Below, piece by piece: positions 52,751-60,999 of a stretch of DNA of 64,000 nt. The DNA comes from a virus. A model generated the notes under the pieces. That model had not been told where the DNA came from, ran no database searches, and saw only the letters and a list, made by a program, of their open reading frames with translations. The stretch lies in the IMG/VR virus record IMGVR_UViG_3300045391_001876, positions 1-64,000 of that record. One strand, written 5' to 3'. Each line of letters starts with the position of its first letter. The first letter of the stretch is position 1. The position numbers and the translations under genes were made by a program.

Positions 52751-53373
52751 CCGTCGCTCCCTGCCCGTACCCCCGATGCCAGGGACCGGACGGCAATCCC
52801 GTACTAACCGCCGAGGGAATCTGTCTGCGATGCCGCAGCTCGGTCGAGCGGGACCTACGCGCGGCCCCAGACATGTACGTGCGCCTGCATCTTGGGCTGG
52901 CACCCACCGATGGCCCGACAGAGAAGGTGTCCGGGACCAAGTCTCCGGCCCCACCACTACGGCTGGCCATGCTCGCTGCCGGCGCCTCCTATGCCGGCGT
53001 GCTGTCGCTGTGGGTGGCCATGCTCCGCGCTGCCGGGGACTTGGCCGAACCACCACGTGGACACACCCGTGAAGGGTGGACCGTGGGGCACAGCGTGGAC
53101 CTGCTGGTGCCACGGGTGGACCGAGCGTGTCTCGTCTCCCCACAGTCCGCGCTGGACCTGTCAGGGACGGCGCTGGTGGCTCGCCGGCTTCTTAAGCTCA
53201 CCCGACTGTTCCACCGCCTGGCCGCCCCCTGCCCGGATTGCGACCTCTTGGCGCTGTACCGGGAGGACGGGGCCGCTTACGTTCGGTGTTCGGCCTGTGG
53301 GGCGGAATGGGCCGAAGAGTTGTATCAGTCACTCGCCAGGGTTATCGCGGCCGAGTACAACGTGTCAGGTTGA
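52747..53373 (+). CDS. hypothetical zinc-ribbon protein (208 aa)
   Basis: CPYPRC...CLRC at the N-terminus and CPDC...CSAC at the C-terminus. Confidence 0.55.
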   Translation: MTVAPCPYPRCQGPDGNPVLTAEGICLRCRSSVERDLRAAPDMYVRLHLGLAPTDGPTEKVSGTKSPAPPLRLAMLAAGASYAGVLSLWVAMLRAAGDLAEPPRGHTREGWTVGHSVDLLVPRVDRACLVSPQSALDLSGTALVARRLLKLTRLFHRLAAPCPDCDLLALYREDGAAYVRCSACGAEWAEELYQSLARVIAAEYNVSG

Positions 53374-53400
53374 CCCGTGGCAATGGGTTACTGCCACGGG

Positions 53401-53415
53401 AATCCTCGTTGGATC
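53401..53415. promoter_or_regulatory. operator-like palindrome AATCCTCGTTGGATC
   Basis: RATCC-N5-GGATC family, in the gap 53374-53583. Confidence 0.5.
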
Positions 53416-53501
53416 TAGGCGAGGCGAGTAAGAGCTACTACGCTGCCGCGTACATAGCCAGCACGGATTCCCGAACGGGAAGGAGCGCGAAGATCAAAAA
53501 A

Positions 53502-53516
53502 GATCCGCGCAGGATC
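53502..53516. promoter_or_regulatory. operator-like palindrome GATCCGCGCAGGATC
   Basis: Second copy in the same gap. Confidence 0.5.
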
Positions 53517-53583
53517 GGATGGAAAGTGGGGGCAGGCAGTCCGGCTACTGCGCGGAACGGTGCGAAAGGGGGAGTGGGCACAG

Positions 53584-53853
53584 GTGGGTCAGCTTCGAGG
53601 GCAGGGTCGCCCGCGCGTACCTATCACGGACGAGCAGCTCCGGGAACTGCAAGCGCTTTACGGTGACGTCCCAACGCAGACGCGAGTGCACCACGAGTGG
53701 GACAGCAACGAGGGCCGGCGGTTCCTCCGGTACGTGATGCAACTGGTGGGCAGCAGCGTTCCGCTTCGATGGATCGCGCATGTTCTCGGGCTCGATGATC
53801 GGATTCTCCAGCAGGCCATAAGTCGGCCGACCAATCACGGGACGACAAAATGA
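53584..53853 (+). CDS. hypothetical protein, possible HTH (89 aa)
   Basis: AAGGGGGAG RBS before GTG 53584 (ORF opens at 53560). Confidence 0.45.
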   Translation: MGQLRGQGRPRVPITDEQLRELQALYGDVPTQTRVHHEWDSNEGRRFLRYVMQLVGSSVPLRWIAHVLGLDDRILQQAISRPTNHGTTK

Positions 53854-54185
53854 CTGCCCCAGATGAGCAAGGGGAAAGGGGGCTGGGTGATCCGTTCCGG
53901 GAGATGTGGTTAGACGGCAATATGCGGCCACCGTTCTGTTCCAGCGCGCACAGTCACAACCGCCTTACCCCCGGTGTGGGTTGCCGATACTGCTGGCCGA
54001 ACACATGCAAGTGGGACCAGGCCCAGCAGGCACGCGGTATGGACCTAGAGCCGCATCCACCAACGGTTCACGGGCGTCACCGCACACCCAACCGCGTCGG
54101 TGTTCTCCGCCATCTGTTGCGGCTACACCGACATACCGATCAGTCCCCCAGCGACCAGGAGATGGACGGCGGTACCGGTGTCTGA
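53850..54185 (+). CDS. hypothetical protein (111 aa)
   Basis: ATGA overlap with the upstream stop. Cys/His-containing. Confidence 0.4.
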   Translation: MTAPDEQGERGLGDPFREMWLDGNMRPPFCSSAHSHNRLTPGVGCRYCWPNTCKWDQAQQARGMDLEPHPPTVHGRHRTPNRVGVLRHLLRLHRHTDQSPSDQEMDGGTGV

Positions 54186-54501
54186 GCCCATCGAACCAAT
54201 GGACGTCCGCGCGTTCCTGGACCGGTTGCGGGTACCAGACCTGCCGGTCGACTTCCCAACGGCACCAGGGCAAACCGTGACGGTCATTCTGGACCAAGCC
54301 GGGCATCAGTCCCGGGACTACACGGTGTGCGGCACGACGCAGTGTGTCGACTGTGGACACACGGTGCTGCTGGGCACTCAAAGCTTTGACGCGGTGGTGT
54401 CCGGTCGCGCGCTTCCCCTGTGCCACCCGTGTTCCCTGCTGATGTTCGAGTCGAGTAAGTGGACCGGCTCCACGTACATCGGTCGTGTGGAGGACTCATG
54501 A
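54178..54501 (+). CDS. hypothetical zinc-ribbon protein (107 aa)
   Basis: GTG 54178 (ATG 54199 is an alternative). CVDCGH...CHPC. Confidence 0.45.
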   Translation: MSEPIEPMDVRAFLDRLRVPDLPVDFPTAPGQTVTVILDQAGHQSRDYTVCGTTQCVDCGHTVLLGTQSFDAVVSGRALPLCHPCSLLMFESSKWTGSTYIGRVEDS

Positions 54502-54800
54502 GCCGCACCGATAAGACCCGGCCGTACGAGGTACGCACGCTGGACCCGTCAGAGCTGCGGTACTGGTCCACGACGGCCAACCGCTGGCACCTCCACACCT
54601 ACCCAGCTCCGCGGCCTTCACGCAGCTTGCGCCGAGCCTGGTGGGCCGGAAGTCGCACACAGCAGCGTGCGTGGAGGGACGCCGTCATGGCGCATCTGGA
54701 CTGGTACCGCAACCACGTGGAGCGCGCTATCGGGTGGCTGGAACTACCTGAGGCACCGGACAACCGTGCCCGGCACCAAGTCCTGCAGGACGGGTGGTGA
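54498..54800 (+). CDS. hypothetical protein (100 aa)
   Basis: ATGA overlap. MSRTDKTRPYEVRTLDP... Confidence 0.5.
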   Translation: MSRTDKTRPYEVRTLDPSELRYWSTTANRWHLHTYPAPRPSRSLRRAWWAGSRTQQRAWRDAVMAHLDWYRNHVERAIGWLELPEAPDNRARHQVLQDGW

Positions 54801-55183
54801 ACACCATCGGTACGGACGTGGACGAGTTGCGCGCGATGCTGGACGTACTGCCGGACTACATCCGTCAGGCTCACCAGGCCGTTCGGGACATCCGCCAAGC
54901 CATCCGCGATGGTCAAGAGGAAGCGCGGCGCCTCATCGAGACGGACGTCTCCAAGACGGTGGAACAGGTGGTGGAAACCCACATCACGGCACTAACCCGC
55001 GCGGCCGAGCAAGCCATGCAGGTCCACACCCAACAGATCGCTGCCATGTTCGAACGGTTGACCAGACAGCTCCGCGCTACGGAACAACGGATGGAGCCGT
55101 ACCAGGAACTACCGTCCGGCCTTGAGAGCGTCGGCATCGTCCGTAGAAACCCAGGCACACAACGGAAAGGTAGGAACAGGTGA
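54794..55183 (+). CDS. coiled-coil protein (129 aa)
   Basis: Heptad-like helical sequence in a packed operon. Confidence 0.5.
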   Translation: MVNTIGTDVDELRAMLDVLPDYIRQAHQAVRDIRQAIRDGQEEARRLIETDVSKTVEQVVETHITALTRAAEQAMQVHTQQIAAMFERLTRQLRATEQRMEPYQELPSGLESVGIVRRNPGTQRKGRNR

Positions 55184-55296
55184 ACATCGGTCTCCCGCTG
55201 TACGAGGGTGACGAGCCCCACGAGGACCCGGACGAGCACGGGGAGGAACAACCGGTCCAGGTGCCTACGGTCGAGCCGGTACCCGTACCGGCGTGA
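55180..55296 (+). CDS. possible small acidic protein (38 aa)
   Basis: GTGA overlaps at both ends. Confidence 0.3.
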   Translation: MNIGLPLYEGDEPHEDPDEHGEEQPVQVPTVEPVPVPA

Positions 55297-55988
55297 GCTT
55301 CTACGGCTTTCGACGCTGGCGTGTCGGAGCGACAGGAGACCTTCTGCCACTCAGCTTCCGGCACGCCAGCCCGTGGGCACAGGGGCAACAGCAACCGCCC
55401 AGCGTGTGTCACTGCTTCACGCGGTACTACCTGCTGGAGATGATCGGAACGCGGGCCTCGGAGCTTCAACACCCGTTCCCCAACAAGAGCGCCGGTCGGT
55501 GTGGCTACTACGTGCATCGCTCACCGATACTTCCGTGCTTCTGTACGGAGAGCACCCACCCTCGACACGGCGCGGTCGGTGTCGTGCGCGGCTGGGGTCG
55601 TTACGTGGAGCACGAGGACGGATGGCGCTGCCAGTACGCGGAAATCGTGGGCATGGTGGACTTCACCGGTCGCGTTCAACAGGGCTACACCGGGGCGCGC
55701 TACCCGGACCTTTCCACGATGTACGCGGAGTGGGCACCAGAAGCCAGCGTGTGGGCCACAGACGAGGTGGACTGGTGCAACGAGCTTGGTCCTGCCGGCC
55801 ACTCCTCCGGTCTGCTCTACGGTTCCCCAGCATTCCAGTGGGCGCCCGTACCGTGGATCACCATTTACGGCGGACCGATACCGCGACAAGGGACGTGGTC
55901 GGACATGGCTACATTCACTGCGCTGCTTCGAACAACACTGGCTGCCACGCTGGAAAACGCGCTGTCTAACCACCCACCAGGGGACTAA
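55293..55988 (+). CDS. hypothetical protein (231 aa)
   Basis: Protein-like composition (MSFYGFRRWRV...CGYYVH...), unlike the two Arg-rich ORFs overlapping it in other frames. Confidence 0.55.
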   Translation: MSFYGFRRWRVGATGDLLPLSFRHASPWAQGQQQPPSVCHCFTRYYLLEMIGTRASELQHPFPNKSAGRCGYYVHRSPILPCFCTESTHPRHGAVGVVRGWGRYVEHEDGWRCQYAEIVGMVDFTGRVQQGYTGARYPDLSTMYAEWAPEASVWATDEVDWCNELGPAGHSSGLLYGSPAFQWAPVPWITIYGGPIPRQGTWSDMATFTALLRTTLAATLENALSNHPPGD

Positions 55989-56001
55989 CGGAGGACGACC
56001 T

Positions 56002-56457
56002 GTGAAGCTGACTCCACTCGATCTGCCTCGCATGCTCGGGCTGTACCACAGAATCCCCGTCAAGCAGGAGGGCACGGTCTACTGGTGCGCGCGGCTCGGT
56101 GCCGCTGTGTTCGCCGTCGCGGCGGGGTTGTCGTTCAACTTCGGCAACGGTCTTGCGGGCGCTGCGTTCCTCTTCTGTGCTGCGTCCTGGTCGCTGGCCA
56201 CGACGGCGATCTGGGTTTGGTTTCCCGGTGCTCTGCTCACAGCGCTACAGCAACACACGATGGACGTCGTGGCCGCGCGTACCCGGTTCCCTGACGGTGG
56301 GGAGGATGGCATGGAGGGTTACCGCATGTGGCTCCGTTACATCGCTGGCCAGGTAGGGCTTGGCGTTCGGTTCAAGGATGCGCCCAACGGCACCCCGAGT
56401 GCCCTGGTGGAGCTGTACGACCCACACGGCGGCATCATCGGGATACGCCCGCGCTAA
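56002..56457 (+). CDS. membrane protein (151 aa)
   Basis: GGAGGA RBS before GTG 56002. Two hydrophobic spans (LGAAVFAVAAGLSF, AAFLFCAASWSLATTAIWVWF). Confidence 0.55.
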   Translation: MKLTPLDLPRMLGLYHRIPVKQEGTVYWCARLGAAVFAVAAGLSFNFGNGLAGAAFLFCAASWSLATTAIWVWFPGALLTALQQHTMDVVAARTRFPDGGEDGMEGYRMWLRYIAGQVGLGVRFKDAPNGTPSALVELYDPHGGIIGIRPR

Positions 56458-56581
56458 CCCACATACCGGAGGACCGGTGTGTTCCAGCTCCTCGGCCATG
56501 ACGGAGTGTTGCCCGGTAACGGACGCCTGCGCAGTCCGTTCCTCCTCATGGTGCTGACACACCGGTCCTCCCCTCCCTTAC

Positions 56582-57001
56582 GTGCCCGTGTTTCCCGAAG
56601 GGACAACCGGTATGGGCGAAGACAGGCCTGCGGAGTCCGAAGTGGACTTTGACGCCGACGAACCGACCAAGTGCTATGTGGACTATGAGGTCGTAAGTGT
56701 TGGCATGATCGCGGACGGTTGGCACGCCGTGTATGTCAACCGTCCACCGTTGACCGAGGGGCAACCGGCGTTCTGGGAGGAGCCTCTGATCGGTTTCGCT
56801 CTGTACGAGGTGACGCGAAGGCCTTATCCCACAGGGGAACCAGCCCGCAAACTACCCCGGGAGATTCACGGGGTAGTGGACTGTGGTGGCTACTTTGGCC
56901 CACCACATGAGCTGGGTAACTTCTGGTTCTACCGCAGTCCGCGTCAACCGCTACCAACTAACGTGGAGCTTGCCGAGGAGCTGGCTCGCCGAGGTTGGTA
57001 G
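56582..57001 (+). CDS. hypothetical protein (139 aa)
   Basis: ORF track. ATG 56612 is an alternative start. Confidence 0.5.
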   Translation: MPVFPEGTTGMGEDRPAESEVDFDADEPTKCYVDYEVVSVGMIADGWHAVYVNRPPLTEGQPAFWEEPLIGFALYEVTRRPYPTGEPARKLPREIHGVVDCGGYFGPPHELGNFWFYRSPRQPLPTNVELAEELARRGW

Positions 57002-57044
57002 TCCACACATCAAACCGCTACTACCAAAGGAGATCAGGTACTAC

Positions 57045-57239
57045 ATGTCGAAACGATCCGTTCGCATGGGTGGTCTGTTGCGCTGCTGTCTGGTGTCCAT
57101 CCAGGAGTACAAGGGGCCGGAAGACCCTGGCACCACGGTGATTCCGTGTCGATTCCACAGCGTGGACGGGCCAACCGTTCGGCTAGCCAGTGATGGTGTC
57201 TGGGAGTGGGCTGGCATGCCGAACCAGAGCGAGAGGTGA
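57045..57239 (+). CDS. hypothetical protein (64 aa)
   Basis: AAGGAG RBS before ATG 57045. Confidence 0.45.
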   Translation: MSKRSVRMGGLLRCCLVSIQEYKGPEDPGTTVIPCRFHSVDGPTVRLASDGVWEWAGMPNQSER

Positions 57240-57245
57240 GGACGG

Positions 57246-57575
57246 GTGGCAGTGGAAGCGTTGCGCCCGTACGACCCACAACCGGAAACGCTGGCCACAC
57301 CGGACCCGGTCAACGCCTGTTGGCTGTTGGTGTGCCCGGAATGCGGGGAGGAATGGATCGAGGACCCGGACAGCACAGCGATCGTGCACCCGGACCGTGA
57401 CCAGTACGACTCCCCGCTGAACACTCGTGGTGGTTGGGTTCAGATCAACCTGGTGTGCTCCCGAGGGCACACCTTCGCGTTGGTGATCGCCAACCACAAG
57501 GGTGTTCACATGATCGGGTATGCCCGCCGTGTGATCGAACCGGGACCGCTGTCGTTGGTGCGGGTCGCTACATGA
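57246..57575 (+). CDS. hypothetical zinc-finger protein (109 aa)
   Basis: CPECG...C..GH pattern. Confidence 0.5.
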   Translation: MAVEALRPYDPQPETLATPDPVNACWLLVCPECGEEWIEDPDSTAIVHPDRDQYDSPLNTRGGWVQINLVCSRGHTFALVIANHKGVHMIGYARRVIEPGPLSLVRVAT

Positions 57576-57658
57576 GCGACTGGGCACAGGTAGCGGTTAT
57601 CGGCATCGTATGCGCAGCTATCGTAGTTGGCCTGTGGCTCGGTGGACGGGAGCGTTAG
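57572..57658 (+). CDS. possible transmembrane peptide (28 aa)
   Basis: ATGA overlap. MSDWAQVAVIGIVCAAIVVGLWLGGRER. Confidence 0.3.
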   Translation: MSDWAQVAVIGIVCAAIVVGLWLGGRER

Positions 57659-58168
57659 GTGGCCCCCAACCGCCGCCGCATGTTGCACAGCCTGTACGTG
57701 CGCGTCCCTGCCATCGCGTGTAGGGGACTGTGCTGGGCCTCCTGTGGTGTCATCGACATGAGCCCTACCGAGCGCAGGCAGCTCGCGGCCGAGGGTTACC
57801 AGTTCCCCACACTGCGAGAAGTGGCCAGCCAGGAAGATCAGGACACCCCGTTCTACTGCCCGGCGCTGACAGCGGATCGTCGGTGCGCGGTGTATGACAA
57901 CCGCCCGATGATCTGTCGGCTGTGGGGTACGTCCGTGGACATGCCGTGCCCACACGGATGCCGGCCCGATCGGTACCTCGGCCGCGCGGAAAGCATGGCG
58001 CTTCTGTTGGGTGCCCTGACGGTGGGTGGTGCCCAGGAAGCTAACGCCGCGCGCGACATACACACGCTGATCGGCTCAGCCGAGTCCTTGGAGGGACAGG
58101 CCGTGTACGACTCGGTTGTCCGCCGAGGCATGCGCAGTGACCGACGACGTGCCATGTACGGAGAGTAG
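57659..58168 (+). CDS. YkgJ-family cysteine-cluster (putative Fe-S/zinc) protein
   Basis: CRGLCWASCG...CPALTADRRCAVYDNRPMICRLWG is the UPF0153/YkgJ pattern. Confidence 0.55.
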   Translation: MAPNRRRMLHSLYVRVPAIACRGLCWASCGVIDMSPTERRQLAAEGYQFPTLREVASQEDQDTPFYCPALTADRRCAVYDNRPMICRLWGTSVDMPCPHGCRPDRYLGRAESMALLLGALTVGGAQEANAARDIHTLIGSAESLEGQAVYDSVVRRGMRSDRRRAMYGE

Positions 58169-58238
58169 TACCCGTATCCTCTCCCACGCTGCGGGCCTGT
58201 ATGACTCGTACGACAACCACACAGTGAGGAGCGAGTCG

Positions 58239-58655
58239 ATGCGCTGCCAACGACCCGAATGCGATCCCGCCGACGCGGAGTGCTGGAGGACCCACCCCAC
58301 GCCCGAGGGTATGGAGCCCACGTTCGTGGACTTCGACGTTGCGCGCTGGGAGTGCCCTGGTGGTGTTAACGCCATCCCGAACCTGTACCTAGTCTTCGGC
58401 AAGCGCTGGTGGCCCGGGTGGTTGTGGACGTTGAACGTGACACGCGGCATACCGCAGAAAGAGGTAACGACCCGCCAAACCGCGTACGTGCGAGGAGGTA
58501 TACGTCTTCGCCGTGGTGGGTGGCGATTCGTACAGGAAGGTGAGGTGCCGCAGGCCATGTGGCTGGCCGCGATGCAGAAGTGTCGACCGTTCCAGCCACG
58601 CGGAACTACCGCACGCGCTGTGCTGATGTGGATGATGGTCGACGGTCGACAGTGA
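58239..58655 (+). CDS. hypothetical protein (138 aa)
   Basis: GAGGAG RBS before ATG 58239 (ORF opens at 58116). Confidence 0.5.
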   Translation: MRCQRPECDPADAECWRTHPTPEGMEPTFVDFDVARWECPGGVNAIPNLYLVFGKRWWPGWLWTLNVTRGIPQKEVTTRQTAYVRGGIRLRRGGWRFVQEGEVPQAMWLAAMQKCRPFQPRGTTARAVLMWMMVDGRQ

Positions 58656-58660
58656 CCAAC

Positions 58661-59002
58661 ATGTGGCAGCACGTGTTGACATCGGCCTCCTGCTTTGTCG
58701 CAGGATCTCTGTCCTATAGGACGCTTGTCGTGTTGTGGCGTCGGTTGACCCACGTTGCTGCCATTACCGTTGACGCCATGCGGCGGCGAATGGTGAACAC
58801 AGCGGGTGCAGCGCGCCTGGCCAGGGTTAAGCCGGCCACGATCAGGAAGTGGTCCGAGCGTGGGACCTTGAAGGGCCACCGGGTACACGACGGGTCGCGC
58901 GTGCACAAGGTGTATGACGTAGACGACGTACTGCACGCGGAAAAGCGGCACCGGGATCATGGCGGCGGCTCTTGCGCAGGACGACACGGTGCGTCACAGT
59001 GA
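58661..59002 (+). CDS. MerR/excisionase-like HTH protein (113 aa)
   Basis: VNTAGAARLARVKPATIRKWSERGTL is an HTH, preceded by a hydrophobic N-terminus. Confidence 0.45.
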   Translation: MWQHVLTSASCFVAGSLSYRTLVVLWRRLTHVAAITVDAMRRRMVNTAGAARLARVKPATIRKWSERGTLKGHRVHDGSRVHKVYDVDDVLHAEKRHRDHGGGSCAGRHGASQ

Positions 59003-59205
59003 CCCGTGATGGTGGGCGTACTATCCCCGCTGACGCCGCGTGCCTGTGGGTGTCCCTCCCGTTCGCCACGTTCGGCCTGGTCATCCTGAACGGGTTTGTG
59101 GTGGCAGCCCCTCCCATCGCTCGGTGGAGCTGTGGCCGTAACGCGCACGATGTCGTCGCGTACTACCGTGCCCGAGGTGCCCGGCTCCAGCAGGTTCCCC
59201 GATAA
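58999..59205 (+). CDS. hypothetical protein (68 aa)
   Basis: GTGA overlap. Hydrophobic core LPFATFGLVILNGFVVAAPP. Confidence 0.45.
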   Translation: MTRDGGRTIPADAACLWVSLPFATFGLVILNGFVVAAPPIARWSCGRNAHDVVAYYRARGARLQQVPR

Positions 59206-59206
59206 C

Positions 59207-59250
59207 GACACCACCCCCCGTACCGGAGATCGCGTACGGGGGGTGGTGTC
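59207..59250 (+). terminator. strong hairpin ending the rightward early/replication operon
   Basis: 17-bp perfect stem gacaccaccccccgtac / gtacggggggtggtgtc with a 10-nt loop, starting 2 nt after the last stop. Confidence 0.6.
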
Positions 59251-59334
59251 GGGGGTAACGCGCTAGCCGGCACGCCACTCCATATATCGCTGCCCTCAGA
59301 CAAAGACAGCGGATACCCACAAGCAGTATGGCCT

Positions 59335-59345
59335 ACGTGTCACGC
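59335..59345. promoter_or_regulatory. near-copy (10/11) of palindrome ACGTGTCACGT
   Basis: acgtgtcacgc, in the non-coding gap 59251-59381. Confidence 0.3.
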
Positions 59346-59381
59346 GAACGGCAAGACACGAACGCGTGTATCCGCTGTGCA

Positions 59382-59597
59382 CTAGGACATCCAGCCCGGC
59401 GGGTACTGGTCGGGTCGTGGTCTGTCCACCGCCCTACCTTCGGCCAGCTCGACCGCTGCCGGCACTGTGATGTCCCAGTAGAACCGGTGGTGCGTACGGC
59501 AGCCCTTGAGGTGCTGTACATCCTTCGGCAAACCATGTCGTGCGACCTGGTAGACCAACCGTAAGTGGCACAGTCGCTCGCTGAGGTTGGATGCCAC
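59382..59597 (-). CDS. hypothetical protein (71 aa)
   Basis: High third-position GC. ATG one nucleotide after the upstream stop. Confidence 0.4.
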   Translation of the reverse strand: MASNLSERLCHLRLVYQVARHGLPKDVQHLKGCRTHHRFYWDITVPAAVELAEGRAVDRPRPDQYPPGWMS

Positions 59598-59598
59598 C

Positions 59599-59964
59599 TC
59601 AGTTCACCACGCGCCCGTGCACGTCGTACTGGTCGGCCGACAGACCACTGCGCCCCATCTCCACCGGGTGCCCGATGCGGGAACAGTGACAGTTGACCAA
59701 CAGCGCTTGCTTCGCGTCGGTCCACCCGTAGATGCAGCAGTTGCCGCACTTCCCGGCGTAGCAGGACACGCAGATACTGACCTGCATCGTGTGCTGTGGC
59801 TCCGGACGAGCTGGACCGTCCACAGTGGAGCGCCTGGGCAATTCCGCGGTTCTATGTGGCCCGTCCACCACACCGATACCGGGCATGTCGACGCACCCGT
59901 CGAAGTAGCAGACCGCGTCCCCACTGTCGGTCATGAACGTGCCTGTGACCTTTCCGTGGTTCAT
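59599..59964 (-). CDS. Cys-rich hypothetical protein (121 aa)
   Basis: CVSCYAGKCGNCCIYGW...CHC. ATGA overlap with the upstream stop (ATG 59934 is an alternative). Confidence 0.5.
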   Translation of the reverse strand: MNHGKVTGTFMTDSGDAVCYFDGCVDMPGIGVVDGPHRTAELPRRSTVDGPARPEPQHTMQVSICVSCYAGKCGNCCIYGWTDAKQALLVNCHCSRIGHPVEMGRSGLSADQYDVHGRVVN

Positions 59965-60293
59965 GAACGTCTCCGTCTCGGGTTGTTCCGTTGCAGTGCG
60001 CGGATCACCGTGGCCGGGTTGCCGTCCCGTACCGGTGCGATCATCTCCTCGGCGACAGCGGCACCGAACAGTGCTCGTAGCTCCTCAGCGGCACCGCCTA
60101 CCGGTGTCGCTTGGGTGACCTGTGTGGGGTCCACACAGTGCCAACACCGGGTGATCACTTCACCGGTCAGCACGAGTGGCAGCCCGGAGCGGGACACCCA
60201 CGCGTGGTGGCCGCAATCCGCCGTGATCAGCGTCGAGCCCGGCAACATGAGCGGGGCGTCTACCGGGGCCACCATCAGTACGTACTGGTCCAT
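59961..60293 (-). CDS. hypothetical protein (110 aa)
   Basis: Protein-like sequence. The + strand ORF over the same DNA is judged to be its antisense shadow. Confidence 0.5.
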   Translation of the reverse strand: MDQYVLMVAPVDAPLMLPGSTLITADCGHHAWVSRSGLPLVLTGEVITRCWHCVDPTQVTQATPVGGAAEELRALFGAAVAEEMIAPVRDGNPATVIRALQRNNPRRRRS

Positions 60294-60315
60294 CTACGCA
60301 ACTCCCTTCACACCC

Positions 60316-60651
60316 ATGTCGCCGCGTACCCCGCGCCGGCCCTGCCTGGACTGTGGCCGGCTCTGTAGCGCTTCCCGGTGCGTCGCTTGCTCGTCCGCTC
60401 GGCTTCGCCGTAGGGACCAACTGAGGGGTTCGGCCACCCAACGTGGTTACGGTGCGACCTGGCGGCGGCTTGCGCTCGCTGTGCTTAAACGTGACCGAGG
60501 TGTCTGTCACTGGTGCGGCGGGGCCGCCACCACGGTGGACCATGTGGTGCCCAAGGTCCGTGGTGGTGGTGACGACCCCACCAACCTCGTCGCGGCGTGC
60601 GCGACCTGTAACTACGGACGCACCTCCCGGCTACGTCGAGGAACGCCCTAG
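60316..60651 (+). CDS. HNH endonuclease (111 aa)
   Basis: N-terminal zinc ribbon CLDCG..CVAC, then RGYGATW...CHWCG...VDHVVP...NLVAACATCN. Confidence 0.8.
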   Translation: MSPRTPRRPCLDCGRLCSASRCVACSSARLRRRDQLRGSATQRGYGATWRRLALAVLKRDRGVCHWCGGAATTVDHVVPKVRGGGDDPTNLVAACATCNYGRTSRLRRGTP

Positions 60652-60993
60652 GGCACGGGCCTTGAGTATCACGGCGTCTGTCATCCCCGGTGCAGGTCCG
60701 TTGTGCGCTCGGACCAGGATCACGAACACGGTGCATTCGCTGTGGCCAGCGTCTGTGGACTTCTGCGAGATCACCTTGGAATCCCACCCGCACGCGCCCC
60801 ACATGTTCAGTGAGGCTTCGGCCGTCGTGATGTGGAAGGTCAGCAACCGGTACTCGAACCACCGGTCCTGGTCATCCACGGCCGCGTCGGCACCACGCGG
60901 GTGTACGGCCCACTGGAGGAAGTCCCGCTCGCTCTGCACCTGGCGCTCCATCGCCCGTTGCTCGCGGCCGAGCTGCCCCACGGACCGCATCAC
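60631..60993 (-). CDS. hypothetical protein (120 aa)
   Basis: Last gene of the leftward lipoprotein-methyltransferase operon. Convergent overlap with the HNH gene. Confidence 0.5.
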   Translation of the reverse strand: MMRSVGQLGREQRAMERQVQSERDFLQWAVHPRGADAAVDDQDRWFEYRLLTFHITTAEASLNMWGACGWDSKVISQKSTDAGHSECTVFVILVRAHNGPAPGMTDAVILKARALGRSST

Positions 60994-60999
60994 GACGTC

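Noticed and set aside
53850-54185. WhiB-like regulator call for the Cys-containing 111-aa protein
   Set aside because: Its Cys spacing (C...C..C...C near CRYCWPNTC) does not match the WhiB pattern I know. It is kept as hypothetical.
8131-56647. One-mismatch copies of GTCCA-N3-TGGAC whose centre is not NTG/CAN (8131, 20079, 29004, 29319, 41652, 56635)
   Set aside because: Their number is close to my chance expectation for one-mismatch arms (about two). They lack the fixed centre, so they are excluded from the motif count.
58435-58445. ACGTGACACGC (10/11 match to the RHH-associated palindrome) inside gene 58239..58655
   Set aside because: It is a single imperfect copy within coding sequence, most simply explained by chance.
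59587-60315. N-terminal 243 codons of the 354-aa + ORF 59587..60651
   Set aside because: Only the C-terminal 111 aa form a complete HNH endonuclease starting at ATG 60316. The upstream part overlaps two coupled minus-strand genes and looks non-protein-like.
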